From an uncultured bacterium (GTDB lineage: Bacteria > Patescibacteriota > Doudnabacteria > UBA920): a stretch of 64,000 nt of DNA. The position numbers and the translations under genes were made by a program. Of the stretch, positions 8,220 to 17,433 are shown one piece after another. The stretch is from positions 93,015 through 157,014 of the forward strand of contig CAVVMJ010000004.1 of the NCBI GenBank assembly GCA_963749445.1, in the 5' to 3' direction. Each line of letters starts with the position of its first letter. Within the stretch, counting starts at the first letter, position 1. Below the pieces are notes generated by a model. It had not been told where the DNA came from, made no database searches, and saw only the letters and a program-made list of their open reading frames with translations.

Positions 8220-10166
8220 ATGCGTGATCCCTTCAAAGTTTACACTTCCTTAAGTAATCAAAAAAACCGGCGGCCGTTGGATTGGGACGAGTCGGCGGCG
8301 GATACCCAGTCCGGCGTGGATGACGTTTACGACAGCGACCGTCGCCCGCCTACCCTGCGCGCCCTGGCGGTTTTTGCCGCCCTGGCGTTTGTTTGCCTGG
8401 GGATGCGGATTTTTTATTTGCAGATTGTCCGCGGCCACGAGTTTCGGCTGTTGTCGGAAAACAACCGGATCCGAAGCCAAGTTGTGTTGGCCCCCCGCGG
8501 CAAAATTTTGGACAGAAGCGGACAGGTCTTGGCCCAAAACACGGCCAGCTTTAATTTGGTGGCCATCGCGTTTGATTTGCCTAAAATCGGGTTAAGCCAG
8601 GAAGTTACCGCCTTGGCTGCCGAATTCGGCTTGGACGCCGGCGACGTGCTGGATAAAATCAGTGCGGTGCCGAAAAATTCCATTGAGCCCATAGTTATCA
8701 AACAAAACGTCAGCCGGGACCAGAGCCTGTTGTTTGAAACCGAGTCCAGCCGGTTTTTGGGATTTTCCGTGGAAGAAATTCCGGTGCGGGATTACGCGGA
8801 TGCGCCGGCTTTTTCCCACGTTTTGGGTTATACCGGACTGCTTAGTCCGGGCGATTTGGTCGGGTTGGACCAAAATGCCTACGCCAGCGAAGACTATATA
8901 GGCAAGCTCGGCATTGAACAGCAGTATGAAAAATATCTCCACGGGCAAAACGGCCAGGATTTGGTGGAGGTTGACGCCACGGGCAAGCTGCTGGATGTCT
9001 TGGGGGAGAACCCGCCCGTTCCCGGCAATACGCTAATTTTGAATATTGACAAGGATTTGCAGGCCCAACTTTACGCGGCGCTGCAGGCCAATGTTGGTTC
9101 GCAGCGCGGCGCTGCTGTGGCCATTAATCCTAAAAACGGGCAGGTGCTGGCTTTGGTGAGCAGTCCGGGTTTTAACAATGATTTATTTGCTCCCGGCATC
9201 AGCCAGGCCGATTATCAGGCATTATTGAATGATAAAAATCAGCCGTTATTCAACCGCGCCATAGCCGGCACTTATCCGCCCGGGTCAACTTCCAAACCCA
9301 TGACCGCCACTGCCGGACTGCAGGAAGGGGTCATTACCGACAGTACTGTAATTTACGATAACGGCGTCATCACCGTGCCCAATCAGTTCGGCGGCGTGGC
9401 ATACGATTTCCACGGGTGGAAGCCCGGCGGCCTCGGGCCAATGACAGTGCGCAGCGCGATTGCCATGAGTTCCGACATCTTTTTTTATGAAGTAGCCGGC
9501 GGCAGCCCCAACGGCTCCCTGGCGGGTTTGGGCGCGGACCGCTTGGCCGAGTACTTCCGCAAATTCGGTTTGGGCAAACCGTTGGGCATTGACATCCAAG
9601 GCGAAAAGGGCGGGCTGGTGCCGGATCCGGCCTGGAAAATGAGTTATTACAATAACGACCCGCTCTTGGGCAAATGGTATTTGGGCGATACCTACCATAT
9701 GGGCATCGGCCAGGGCGATGTTTTGGTCACGCCGCTGCAGGCCGCGGAATGGACCGCCATTGTGGCCAACGGCGGCACGGGCTACGTGCCGGAAATCGCG
9801 CAAAAAGTGATGGATGAAAACGGCAAAGTTTTGTGGCAAAACCAGCCTAAAGTTTTGGTGTCCAATATTGCTTCGGCGGCCAATATGAAAATCGTACAGG
9901 AAGGCATGCGCCAGACCGTAACCGCGGGCACGGCCAAAGCGTTGATGTCTTTGCCGATAAGTTCAGCCGGCAAAACCGGCACTTCGCAGTTTGACGATTC
10001 CAATCCGGCCAAGACCCACGCCTGGTTTACGGTTTACGCGCCATACGAAGACCCGCAAATCGTGATTACGGTTTTGGTGGAGGCCGGCGGCGAAGGCAAC
10101 GCCGCGGCCGAACCCATCGTCAAAAACGCCTTGCAGTGGTGGGCGACAAATAGGTATAAGAAATAA
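8220..10166 (+). CDS. mrdA: penicillin-binding protein 2 (elongasome transpeptidase)
   Basis: STSKP (SxxK), SSD, KTGT motifs; N-terminal TM; follows mreBCD. Confidence 0.9.
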   Translation: MRDPFKVYTSLSNQKNRRPLDWDESAADTQSGVDDVYDSDRRPPTLRALAVFAALAFVCLGMRIFYLQIVRGHEFRLLSENNRIRSQVVLAPRGKILDRSGQVLAQNTASFNLVAIAFDLPKIGLSQEVTALAAEFGLDAGDVLDKISAVPKNSIEPIVIKQNVSRDQSLLFETESSRFLGFSVEEIPVRDYADAPAFSHVLGYTGLLSPGDLVGLDQNAYASEDYIGKLGIEQQYEKYLHGQNGQDLVEVDATGKLLDVLGENPPVPGNTLILNIDKDLQAQLYAALQANVGSQRGAAVAINPKNGQVLALVSSPGFNNDLFAPGISQADYQALLNDKNQPLFNRAIAGTYPPGSTSKPMTATAGLQEGVITDSTVIYDNGVITVPNQFGGVAYDFHGWKPGGLGPMTVRSAIAMSSDIFFYEVAGGSPNGSLAGLGADRLAEYFRKFGLGKPLGIDIQGEKGGLVPDPAWKMSYYNNDPLLGKWYLGDTYHMGIGQGDVLVTPLQAAEWTAIVANGGTGYVPEIAQKVMDENGKVLWQNQPKVLVSNIASAANMKIVQEGMRQTVTAGTAKALMSLPISSAGKTGTSQFDDSNPAKTHAWFTVYAPYEDPQIVITVLVEAGGEGNAAAEPIVKNALQWWATNRYKK

Positions 10167-10715
10167 ATGTCTCCACATATGAAACTAATTTTAATTGACG
10201 GCGGCCCGGCATCAGGCAAAAATACTCTAGGAGAATTATTATCTGATAAGCTTCGCAAGCTTGGAGGCAGGGCCGTGCTTTTGGATTTAGACGCGTATGT
10301 TGAAAAATTTAATCCCAAATGGATATGGGACAACGAGCAGGAAAAAGACAAAGACCAATTCCAAGCAAGGGTTGATATCTCTAAAGATATTGATAAATAT
10401 CTTTTAGGAGATTTTATTATTGTCGTAATTGGAGAAAGCTTTTTATCAAAAGATGACGTTATTCGTTTTGTGAAAAAATTAAAAGTAGCGTCTCCAGTCT
10501 ATCTATACCATCTAAGTGCCCCTTTTTTTCTAAGGGTGCAAAGACTGTATCAAAGAGGCCCTCATTCGTTGATTGATTTAGAAAAAGACCAAAAGGATCG
10601 TGATGCAGTCAGTCAATGGCCAGGGTACGTTTATGAGAACATCCATTCCCCGGAAGTAGACGCATCCAGATTACTATCGCTGATTCAAGAAGGCAACGGC
10701 TTACTAAATTTTTAG
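10167..10715 (+). CDS. P-loop kinase-like protein (zeta-toxin/chloramphenicol-phosphotransferase-like fold?)
   Basis: Walker A LIDGGPASGKNTLGEL; ~180 aa; AT-rich relative to flanks. Confidence 0.4.
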   Translation: MSPHMKLILIDGGPASGKNTLGELLSDKLRKLGGRAVLLDLDAYVEKFNPKWIWDNEQEKDKDQFQARVDISKDIDKYLLGDFIIVVIGESFLSKDDVIRFVKKLKVASPVYLYHLSAPFFLRVQRLYQRGPHSLIDLEKDQKDRDAVSQWPGYVYENIHSPEVDASRLLSLIQEGNGLLNF

Positions 10716-10747
10716 CCGGTTGGAAGTTTTTTTGTATTTTGGTTTTT

Positions 10748-10776
10748 TTGACATTTATTTGCTTATAATTTAGAAT
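10748..10776 (+). promoter_or_regulatory. sigma70-like promoter for vapB (TTGACA-17-TAGAAT)
   Basis: TTGACA at 10748-10753, 17-nt spacer, TAGAAT at 10771-10776, ATG at 10783. Confidence 0.5.
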
Positions 10777-10782
10777 ATCAGT

Positions 10783-11040
10783 ATGAAGCATCCAATTGTC
10801 ACTAAAATTAAAAACGGCAAGATTGCCTTGCCCAGGGAGTTTTTGAAGGACTGGAAGGAAGGCCAGGTGCTTTTTACCGAGTCTCCGGGCGGGTTTTTTA
10901 TTAAATCCATTACTCCGCCTTCTTTGAGTTCAATCGCGAAAAAATTAAGCAAAGCCGCGGCAAAGGCCAAAATTACTCCCAAGGATGTCCGGGAAGCCGT
11001 TTTATGGGCGAGAAAAAAGGTTTATGAGGGCCGTTCTTGA
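10783..11040 (+). CDS. vapB: AbrB/SpoVT-domain antitoxin (VapB/MazE-like)
   Basis: KIKNGKIALPREFLKDW swapped-hairpin motif; overlaps downstream PIN gene. Confidence 0.6.
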   Translation: MKHPIVTKIKNGKIALPREFLKDWKEGQVLFTESPGGFFIKSITPPSLSSIAKKLSKAAAKAKITPKDVREAVLWARKKVYEGRS

Positions 11041-11437
11041 CACAAATGTTTTAATCTCAGCTTTTTTGTTTGAAAAGCGGCTGGGTAAAATAGTCAGGCT
11101 CATAGAACAAGGAGTTATCATTCCTTGTTTTGTTGTATATACGTTTCAGGAATTCCAGAGTGTTTTGGGTTATGAAAAATTTAAACCCGTGGTAAAAGCA
11201 TCCGGCATTGACGTTGGGGAAATTATCCGTCAAATGCAAGACCGGGGAATAATTTTGAATGACCCAAAAATTGTCCCCAATGTGACTCCGGACACGCCGG
11301 ATAATTACGTCTTGGCCGCGGCAAAACTGTCGGAAGCCCAGTTTATAGTGACGGGTGACAAGCTATTATTGTCTTTGAAAAATTTTGAAGGTATTTCGAT
11401 TATAACGCCGCAGGAGTTTTTGCAAAAATTCAGATAA
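11024..11437 (+). CDS. vapC: PIN-domain toxin VapC (likely start MRAVLDTNVLI; ORF track start 10985)
   Basis: AVLDTNVLISAF PIN N-terminal acidic motif, ...IVTGDKLL; 17-nt overlap with vapB. Confidence 0.7.
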   Translation: MRAVLDTNVLISAFLFEKRLGKIVRLIEQGVIIPCFVVYTFQEFQSVLGYEKFKPVVKASGIDVGEIIRQMQDRGIILNDPKIVPNVTPDTPDNYVLAAAKLSEAQFIVTGDKLLLSLKNFEGISIITPQEFLQKFR

Positions 11438-11449
11438 CCAAAATAAAAC

Positions 11450-12283
11450 ATGATTATTGATGGCAAGAAAATTGCGTCCGCGATATTATTAGATTTGAAA
11501 CAAAAAGTCGGCCAATTGCCTTTCCAGCCGGTGTTTTGCGATGTGCTGGTGGGGGATAATAAGGTTTCGGCCAGTTATGTAAGGATGAAAGCCAAGGCCG
11601 CGGAAAGAATCGGGATTAAATTCCGCGCGGCGAATTTTTCGGCAGGTGTCGGCGTGCAGGATCTCATCGCGGAAATCAAATCCATCAGCCAAGAACCCAA
11701 CATGTGCGGCTTGATTGTGCAATTGCCGTTACCGAAAAATTTGCCGCGGCAGGAGATTTTGGATGCCATAAAGCCAGAAATTGACGTTGACTGCATGGGC
11801 AGCAAGAATTTGGCGGATTTTTATCGGGGAAATATCCGTTTTGCGCCGCCCACGGCCGTGGCCATAATGGCAATTTTGGAAAGTTTGGGCGTTGATTTAT
11901 CGGCAAAAAGGTTTTTGGTCGTCGGCCAGGGAGAATTAGTCGGCAAACCGGTGACTTTTTTGTTAAAGAAAAAAGGTTATAATACAGATATCGCGGACAT
12001 CAATACCGAGAATACCGATGAGCTTTTAAAATCAGCGGATGTAGTAATTTCCGCCACCGGCAAAGCGGGACTTATCACCGGCGAAAAAATCAAAAAAAGT
12101 TCTATTATTATTGATGCGGGCAGTTCTGAATCAAACGGCGGCATTGTCGGGGACGCGGATTTTGGCAGCGTTTCATCGGTGGTATCTTATTTATCGCCGG
12201 TCCCAGGCGGCGTCGGGCCGGTGACGGTGGCGATGCTGTTAGGTAACGTTGTAAAATCTGCAAAAAATAAACTAGTCATCTAA
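11450..12283 (+). CDS. folD: methylenetetrahydrofolate dehydrogenase/cyclohydrolase
   Basis: MIIDGKKIASAILLDLKQKV..., Rossmann VVGQGELVGKP, ..PVPGGVGPVTVAMLL. Confidence 0.9.
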   Translation: MIIDGKKIASAILLDLKQKVGQLPFQPVFCDVLVGDNKVSASYVRMKAKAAERIGIKFRAANFSAGVGVQDLIAEIKSISQEPNMCGLIVQLPLPKNLPRQEILDAIKPEIDVDCMGSKNLADFYRGNIRFAPPTAVAIMAILESLGVDLSAKRFLVVGQGELVGKPVTFLLKKKGYNTDIADINTENTDELLKSADVVISATGKAGLITGEKIKKSSIIIDAGSSESNGGIVGDADFGSVSSVVSYLSPVPGGVGPVTVAMLLGNVVKSAKNKLVI

Positions 12284-12368
12284 CAGTAACCGATTTCGGA
12301 AAATCGGATAAATCAGAAAAATCGGAAGCTCCGATTTATCCGACCTCCGACCTCCGACCTTCCGAACC

Positions 12369-13223
12369 ATGTCCAACTTTTTTATCCATCTTAACATCCT
12401 CCTCAACCGTTTTTTGATGTTTTTGGGCGTGCGCCGGCAGGGTGAGCGGTGGGGAATAGTTTATGACAGCGTCAGCAAAGAGCCGCTGGATCCGGTAATC
12501 GTCTGGCTGGTTGACGCCAAAACCGGCAAGCTCACGCAGACTTCGGTGACAGATTTGTCGGGTCGGTATAATTTTTTGGCCTACCCGGGCAAGTTTAAAA
12601 TTTTGGTCAGGAAAAGCAACTACAACTTTCCGTCGGCGTTGTCGGCCGGCGACCACGACGAAATTTACCGCAACCTTTACCACGGAGAATTTTTTGAGCT
12701 TTCGGGCGACAGCGATGTTATTCCGTTTAACATCCCCATGGATCCGGCCAGAGACGATTGGAACCAAACGGCCAAAAAGCCACTAATGTCTTTTTCGCCC
12801 TATGCCGAAAATTTGCTTGATCACCTGGCCTCGGTTCTGTTTTGGTTTGTTTTGGCGCTGGCCTTGGTGGCTTGGTATTTTAGGCCATCGTCCATAGTTT
12901 ACGGCTTTTTGATTTTTTACGCCGCGGTTTTTGTGCTGGCGCTGTTTTTGCCCAGGCCCCGCTGGTGGGGCAGGGTGTGGTTTAAGAAAACCGGCAACCC
13001 GGCATCCGGAGATGTCTTAGAACTTAGCTATGCCAAAATGCCCGAGGTCATTGTGGCTAAGGCCAATATTTACGAGGACGGCAAGTTTTTTTTGCGTTTG
13101 GACCCGGGCAAGTACATCTTGGAAATTAAAAACTATCCGCCCGAAGGAGGGGCCGCGGTTTTGTACAGGCGAACTTTGCGGGTTGGTTTGGAGCAGGTGG
13201 TGAATCGGGAGTTTGCAATTTAA
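12369..13223 (+). CDS. hypothetical membrane protein with CarboxypepD_reg-like beta-sandwich segments
   Basis: two TM helices flanked by beta-rich segments (..LSGRYNFLAYPGKFKILV.., ..GKFFLRLDPGKYILEI..). Confidence 0.35.
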   Translation: MSNFFIHLNILLNRFLMFLGVRRQGERWGIVYDSVSKEPLDPVIVWLVDAKTGKLTQTSVTDLSGRYNFLAYPGKFKILVRKSNYNFPSALSAGDHDEIYRNLYHGEFFELSGDSDVIPFNIPMDPARDDWNQTAKKPLMSFSPYAENLLDHLASVLFWFVLALALVAWYFRPSSIVYGFLIFYAAVFVLALFLPRPRWWGRVWFKKTGNPASGDVLELSYAKMPEVIVAKANIYEDGKFFLRLDPGKYILEIKNYPPEGGAAVLYRRTLRVGLEQVVNREFAI

Positions 13224-13249
13224 GGGATTTTTGCTATAATTAATTCATC

Positions 13250-13648
13250 ATGTCACAAAGAAAGAAAATCCTCTTGGTGGAAGACGATAACGCTTTACGC
13301 GCCACGCTTCGCGACCGGCTGCAGGGAGCGTATGAAATTTTTGAAGCCCCGGACGGCGAACTGGCGGTTTCCCAATGCGTTGACCACCGGCCGGACTTAA
13401 TTCTCCTGGATTTGCTGCTGCCCAGGCTGGACGGCTTTAAGGTTTTGGAGCGGATTAGGGCTTATCCCGACGCCAATGTGGCCAAAACGCCGGTGATTGT
13501 GTTGAGCAACCTTTGGAGCCAAAAGGACATATTGCAGGTCCAGGGCCTCAAAGTTAACGAATACTTTGTCAAAGCCCACACCAAAGTGGAAGATGTCGTG
13601 GTTCGTATCCGCGCGGTTTTCAAAAACAGCCCGGTTGGGCGGGTTTGA
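13250..13648 (+). CDS. stand-alone response-regulator receiver domain protein (paralog 1 of 3)
   Basis: KILLVEDD...D(LILLD)...PVIVLSNL...YFVK; CheY-like, no output domain. Confidence 0.85.
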   Translation: MSQRKKILLVEDDNALRATLRDRLQGAYEIFEAPDGELAVSQCVDHRPDLILLDLLLPRLDGFKVLERIRAYPDANVAKTPVIVLSNLWSQKDILQVQGLKVNEYFVKAHTKVEDVVVRIRAVFKNSPVGRV

Positions 13649-13948
13649 CCCAGCACCACTTTTCACCAATTGAATTTGTTGGATATCTTTAATTGGGGTG
13701 ATAGCTTTACCCCTCTGCCATCGACACTAGAGAAAAGTGGTGCTGGGTTGACAGGTTTTTTAGCATTTGGTATGATAAGCATACAAAAGGCCTGCAGGGC
13801 CTTTTAAAAACGGCAAACTTTTATTTAAAAATATAGCTGCCGTCCCGAGTCCTTGAATTTTAGGACGAGGGATCCCTTAAAAAATAGCGAATAGAGAATA
13901 GGATAAGGCACTTGTCTCTAAGCACTAAGCACTATATCACCAAACTAA

Positions 13949-14125
13949 ATGTTCCAATTCCTCATTGAAGTCAAAAACGAACTGGCCAAAGTGGTTTGGC
14001 CGACGCGGGCGGAAACCGCCAAATACACGGTTATTGTGATTGTGTTCAGCATAGCCGTGGCCGCGATTTTGGGGGCGTTTGACTACGGGTTGCTGCGGCT
14101 GTTTGCCATTATAGTTACCAAATAA
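13949..14125 (+). CDS. secE: preprotein translocase subunit SecE (58 aa, absent from ORF track)
   Basis: MFQFLIEVKNELAKVVWPTRAETAKYTVIVIVFSIAVAAILGAFDYGLLRLFAIIVTK; EVK.EL.KV.WPTR.ET motif; lies upstream of nusG-rplK-rplA. Confidence 0.75.
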   Translation: MFQFLIEVKNELAKVVWPTRAETAKYTVIVIVFSIAVAAILGAFDYGLLRLFAIIVTK

Positions 14126-14233
14126 TTCATCCGCCACTAATTTTTGTCGGAAATTCAGCAGCTTATAAAATTAGTAATCAATTTTTTGATTTTTCAGATG
14201 CCTGTTTTATCATCAAAAATTAGAGGCGGATAA

Positions 14234-14770
14234 ATGTTACCTCCCGGACACTTTGCCGGCGGCTATTTGGCAGCCGAAGCACTTTTACATATTACCAAGG
14301 CGGATTTGTCATCGGCTCAGGCTAATCAGTTGTTGTGGTGGGGCGCATTTTTTGCTTTTGCCCCCGATTTGGATACTTTTGCTAGCTTCATCAAAGAGCG
14401 CGCCTGGTTCGTTAAAAATCCCGCCAATAATCATCGCAAATTTGTCAGCCACGCGCCCTTGTTATGGCTTTTAGCCGGGTTGTTGGTTTATTTTTTTTCC
14501 GCCGATATATATTGGAAAAATGTCGGTTTACTGCTTTGGCTGGGCAGCTGGACCCACTTTTTGCTGGACTCCATTGAGTACGGAATTATGTGGCTGTGGC
14601 CGTTTAGCAATCGGATATTTGCCTTAAAAAACCGTGAACGCGAGTTCAATATCCAATCTCCAACTTTCCTTGTTTACTGGTGGAATTTTGTAAAATCATA
14701 TACTCGTACACTAACTTTTTATATTGAGTTATTGATAGTAGTTATAGCCTTGATTGTCTGCGTCCGTTAA
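14234..14770 (+). CDS. membrane-bound metal-dependent hydrolase-like protein (YdjM/DUF457-like)
   Basis: hydrophobic, conserved His (GSWTHFLLD); inserted between secE and nusG. Confidence 0.4.
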   Translation: MLPPGHFAGGYLAAEALLHITKADLSSAQANQLLWWGAFFAFAPDLDTFASFIKERAWFVKNPANNHRKFVSHAPLLWLLAGLLVYFFSADIYWKNVGLLLWLGSWTHFLLDSIEYGIMWLWPFSNRIFALKNREREFNIQSPTFLVYWWNFVKSYTRTLTFYIELLIVVIALIVCVR

Positions 14771-14810
14771 ATCTTTCAATCATTTAATCTTTCAATCTTT
14801 CAATTAATCT

Positions 14811-15356
14811 ATGGCCAGACAACAAGTCACCGGCGAGCGCCACTGGTACGTGCTCCACACTTACAGCGGCTACGAAGACAGCGTCGCCTACAATTTAAAG
14901 CAGAGAATCGAGTCCATGAATATGCAGGACAAGATTTTTGAGGCGATGGTGCCCAAAGAAAAAAAGATCAAGATTAAGGACGGCAAGCGCGTTACGGTTG
15001 AGGAAAAGATTTTTCCGGGCTATGTTTTGGTGGATATGATTGTCACCGACGATTCCTGGTATGTTGTCCGCAATACGCCCAATGTGACGGGTTTTGTGGG
15101 CAGCGGCACTATTCCGAGCCCGATTGACGATGAAGAGTTGGTGTATTTGAAAAAGCGCATGGGCGCGGACGAGCCCAAGTTCAAAGTGGAATTTTTGGTG
15201 GGCGACTTGGTTAAAATCCAGGACGGCCCGTTTAAGGATTACGAAGGCAAAGTCGGCTCGCTGGATGAGCAGCACGGCAAAGTCAAAGTTATGGTCACCA
15301 TCTTCGGCCGCGAAACGCCGGTGGAGTTGGATTTTTTGCAGGTTAAGAAGATATAG
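14811..15356 (+). CDS. nusG: transcription termination/antitermination factor NusG
   Basis: HWYVLHTYSGYEDSVAYNLKQRI...KIFPGYVLV...KOW region GDLVKIQDGPFKDYEGKV. Confidence 0.95.
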   Translation: MARQQVTGERHWYVLHTYSGYEDSVAYNLKQRIESMNMQDKIFEAMVPKEKKIKIKDGKRVTVEEKIFPGYVLVDMIVTDDSWYVVRNTPNVTGFVGSGTIPSPIDDEELVYLKKRMGADEPKFKVEFLVGDLVKIQDGPFKDYEGKVGSLDEQHGKVKVMVTIFGRETPVELDFLQVKKI

Positions 15357-15362
15357 AAGTAT

Positions 15363-15451
15363 GTGAAATCGCGAGTGCAGCCGAAGCGATCCCGCTAATA
15401 CCGTATAGTGTAAGGGATTGCTTCGGTCGGATGCACTCCCTCGCAATTTCC
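15363..15451. repeat. GAAATTGCGAG...CTCGCAATTTC nested-hairpin repeat family copy
   Basis: gtgaaatcgcgagtgcagccgaagcgatccc...ggattgcttcggtcggatgcactccctcgcaatttcc; other copies 16007-16083, 30193-30292, 44252-44336. Confidence 0.7.
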
Positions 15452-15535
15452 GATAATTTGTGTCCATCCCGGAATTTTTTGTGCCGATGGATAGCACAAG
15501 CCGCAAAAAATACCCGGGATCCAGAAAGTAATCGT

Positions 15536-15853
15536 ATGACAAAAAAAATTCTAGGCTGGATCATCTTTCTCGCAATATATATAATGGGGTACTATTATAT
15601 ATATTCACAAGGTTTAAGTGGGCCGAATTGCAAAGGGGCAGCTATCTGTTTTGATGTCTTTACGCCCGCGGCCAGTTTAATTGTCAAAGAGCTGTATTTG
15701 TTTTTGTGGCTTATATTATTCCCGATTTTTGCTCTCTCGTGGGTTTCGGTTAAAAGGAAATTCGGAGATAGAAAATGGACAAAAATTCTTGATTGGATAA
15801 TGATTGTAATCGGAATTTTGTTTATAGTTTATACAGCGTGGATGCATTTTTAA
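15536..15853 (+). CDS. small hypothetical membrane protein (start MTKKILGWIIFL)
   Basis: three hydrophobic helices; AT-rich; ORF track start 15431 lies in repeat DNA. Confidence 0.3.
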   Translation: MTKKILGWIIFLAIYIMGYYYIYSQGLSGPNCKGAAICFDVFTPAASLIVKELYLFLWLILFPIFALSWVSVKRKFGDRKWTKILDWIMIVIGILFIVYTAWMHF

Positions 15854-16006
15854 TTATTTTATCCCTAATTCATGACTCGCGCTTCTCGAATTATGAATAA
15901 AGAATAAAATTAAGTATATACCAAAGTATATACTTCGGTATATACTTTTAGAAAGGAATGGTTGGTTCCGATATTTATCGGGATCTCGATCGCACTAAAA
16001 AGTTTT

Positions 16007-16083
16007 GTGAAATTGCGAGTGCAGCCGAAGCAATCCCCTTAAATAATGAGATTGCTTCGTCGGATGCACTCCTCGCAATTTCC
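16007..16083. repeat. GAAATTGCGAG hairpin-repeat family copy
   Basis: gtgaaattgcgagtgcagccgaagcaatcccc..gattgcttcgtcggatgcactcctcgcaatttcc. Confidence 0.7.
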
Positions 16084-16112
16084 AGAGCAGCGGTCTACCA
16101 TCATAAAAATAT

Positions 16113-16538
16113 ATGGCTAAGAAAGTTAAGGTTCAGCTAAAATTACAGTTACCGGCCGGAAAGGCCACGCCGGCGCCGCCGGTGGGCACGGCTTTGGGCC
16201 CGCACGGCATTAATTTGGGCGCGTTTGTTAAGGATTTTAACGACAAGACCGCGGCAATGGGGGATACTATCGTGCCTATAGTTATGACGATCTACGAAGA
16301 TCGCAGTTTTTCGTTTATCTTAAAAACCCCGCCGGCTTCCAATTTGATTATGAAGGCCATCGGCCTGGCAAAAGGGTCCGCGAATCCATTAACGACAAAG
16401 GTCGGCAAGATCACCGCCAAGCAAGTGCGGGAGATTGCGGAAAAGAAAATGCCGGATCTAAACGCCAACGATATGGCCGCGGCGGAAAAAATTATCCGCG
16501 GCACCGCTAGGTCAATGGGGGTGGAAGTTATTGATTAG
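16113..16538 (+). CDS. rplK: 50S ribosomal protein L11
   Basis: [43 protein letters not shown]... Confidence 0.95.
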   Translation: MAKKVKVQLKLQLPAGKATPAPPVGTALGPHGINLGAFVKDFNDKTAAMGDTIVPIVMTIYEDRSFSFILKTPPASNLIMKAIGLAKGSANPLTTKVGKITAKQVREIAEKKMPDLNANDMAAAEKIIRGTARSMGVEVID

Positions 16539-16539
16539 T

Positions 16540-16655
16540 AGTAGGTTATAAGGTATAGCGGCCAGTACAGTAATAAGGTATGGGTTTTAAGTGGCCTTAT
16601 TACCAATGCCTTACAACTAAACCGGCCGCCATAACCTATAACCATTAACCTAAAA
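16540..16655. repeat. large hairpin repeat, GGCGGCCAGTAC family (copy c)
   Basis: ttataaggtatagcggccagtac...aaccggccgccataacctataa. Confidence 0.7.
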
Positions 16656-16658
16656 TTT

Positions 16659-17426
16659 ATGGACATCCTTTGGTTAGTCGTCGTCATCTTCGTCTTCTTT
16701 ATCCTGCCGGCGTTCCGCATTATCCAGCAGTACCAAAAAGGCGTGGTGTTTAGGTTTGGAAAAATTGTGGGGCTGCGCGGCCCGGGGCTGACTATGGTCA
16801 TACCGTACATTGACAAAGTCAGGAAAGTGGATTTGCGCACCATTACTCTGCCCATACCGGCGCAGCAAATTATCACCAAGGACAACGTTTCCCTGAACGT
16901 CTCGGCCGTGGCTTATTACCAGGTCACGGACGCGGTTAAGAGCATTGTGGCCATAGAAAATGTTATGTCGGCCATTAACCAAATCGCGCAAACCACAATG
17001 CGCAACATTGTCGGCAAGTTCCAGCTGGATGAAATTTTGAGCGAGCGCGACACAATTAACCAGGAAATCCGCAGCGTGCTGGACGAACGCACTGAGCCGT
17101 GGGGTGTAGTGGTCTCTGTTGTGGAAATTAAAGACATTGAACTGCCGGAAAATATGCAGCGCGCCATGGCCAAACAGGCCGAAGCCGAACGCGAAAAGCG
17201 CGCCAAGATAATCGCGGCCGAAGGCGAATTTTTATCGGTCCAAAAATTGGCCGACGCCGCCGACGTCATTTCGGCGCACCCGATTGCACTGCAGCTGCGC
17301 AACCTCCAGACGATGGCTGAAATATCCGTAGAAAAAAATTCCACCATCATCTTCCCCGCGCAGTTTATGGGCACGCTTTCGGATATTAAAAAATTCATAG
17401 CGGACGAAAGCGCAAAAACGATTTAG
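16659..17426 (+). CDS. SPFH/band-7 (stomatin/QmcA-like) membrane protein
   Basis: N-terminal TM then IIQQYQKGVVFRFGKIVGLRGPGLTMVIPYIDKV...; C-terminal coiled coil; inserted between rplK and rplA. Confidence 0.8.
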   Translation: MDILWLVVVIFVFFILPAFRIIQQYQKGVVFRFGKIVGLRGPGLTMVIPYIDKVRKVDLRTITLPIPAQQIITKDNVSLNVSAVAYYQVTDAVKSIVAIENVMSAINQIAQTTMRNIVGKFQLDEILSERDTINQEIRSVLDERTEPWGVVVSVVEIKDIELPENMQRAMAKQAEAEREKRAKIIAAEGEFLSVQKLADAADVISAHPIALQLRNLQTMAEISVEKNSTIIFPAQFMGTLSDIKKFIADESAKTI

Positions 17427-17433
17427 CTGAAGC

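Noticed and set aside
9285-9839. 184-aa minus ORF antisense to mrdA (also 8250..8948 minus ORFs)
   Set aside because: Embedded antisense in PBP2 CDS; no motifs; antisense artefact.
13650-13940. Possible tRNA (tRNA-Trp is usually upstream of secE) or rpmG
   Set aside because: No GTTCGA/TTCGAAT T-loop-like motif or cloverleaf-compatible segment; instead a 20-bp inverted repeat with ~65-nt loop (13651-13756) and small hairpins; no L33-like small ORF.
16916-17398. 160-aa minus ORF antisense to SPFH gene and 17793..18314 antisense to rplA
   Set aside because: Overlap conserved genes on opposite strand; Ser/Ala-rich antisense translation.
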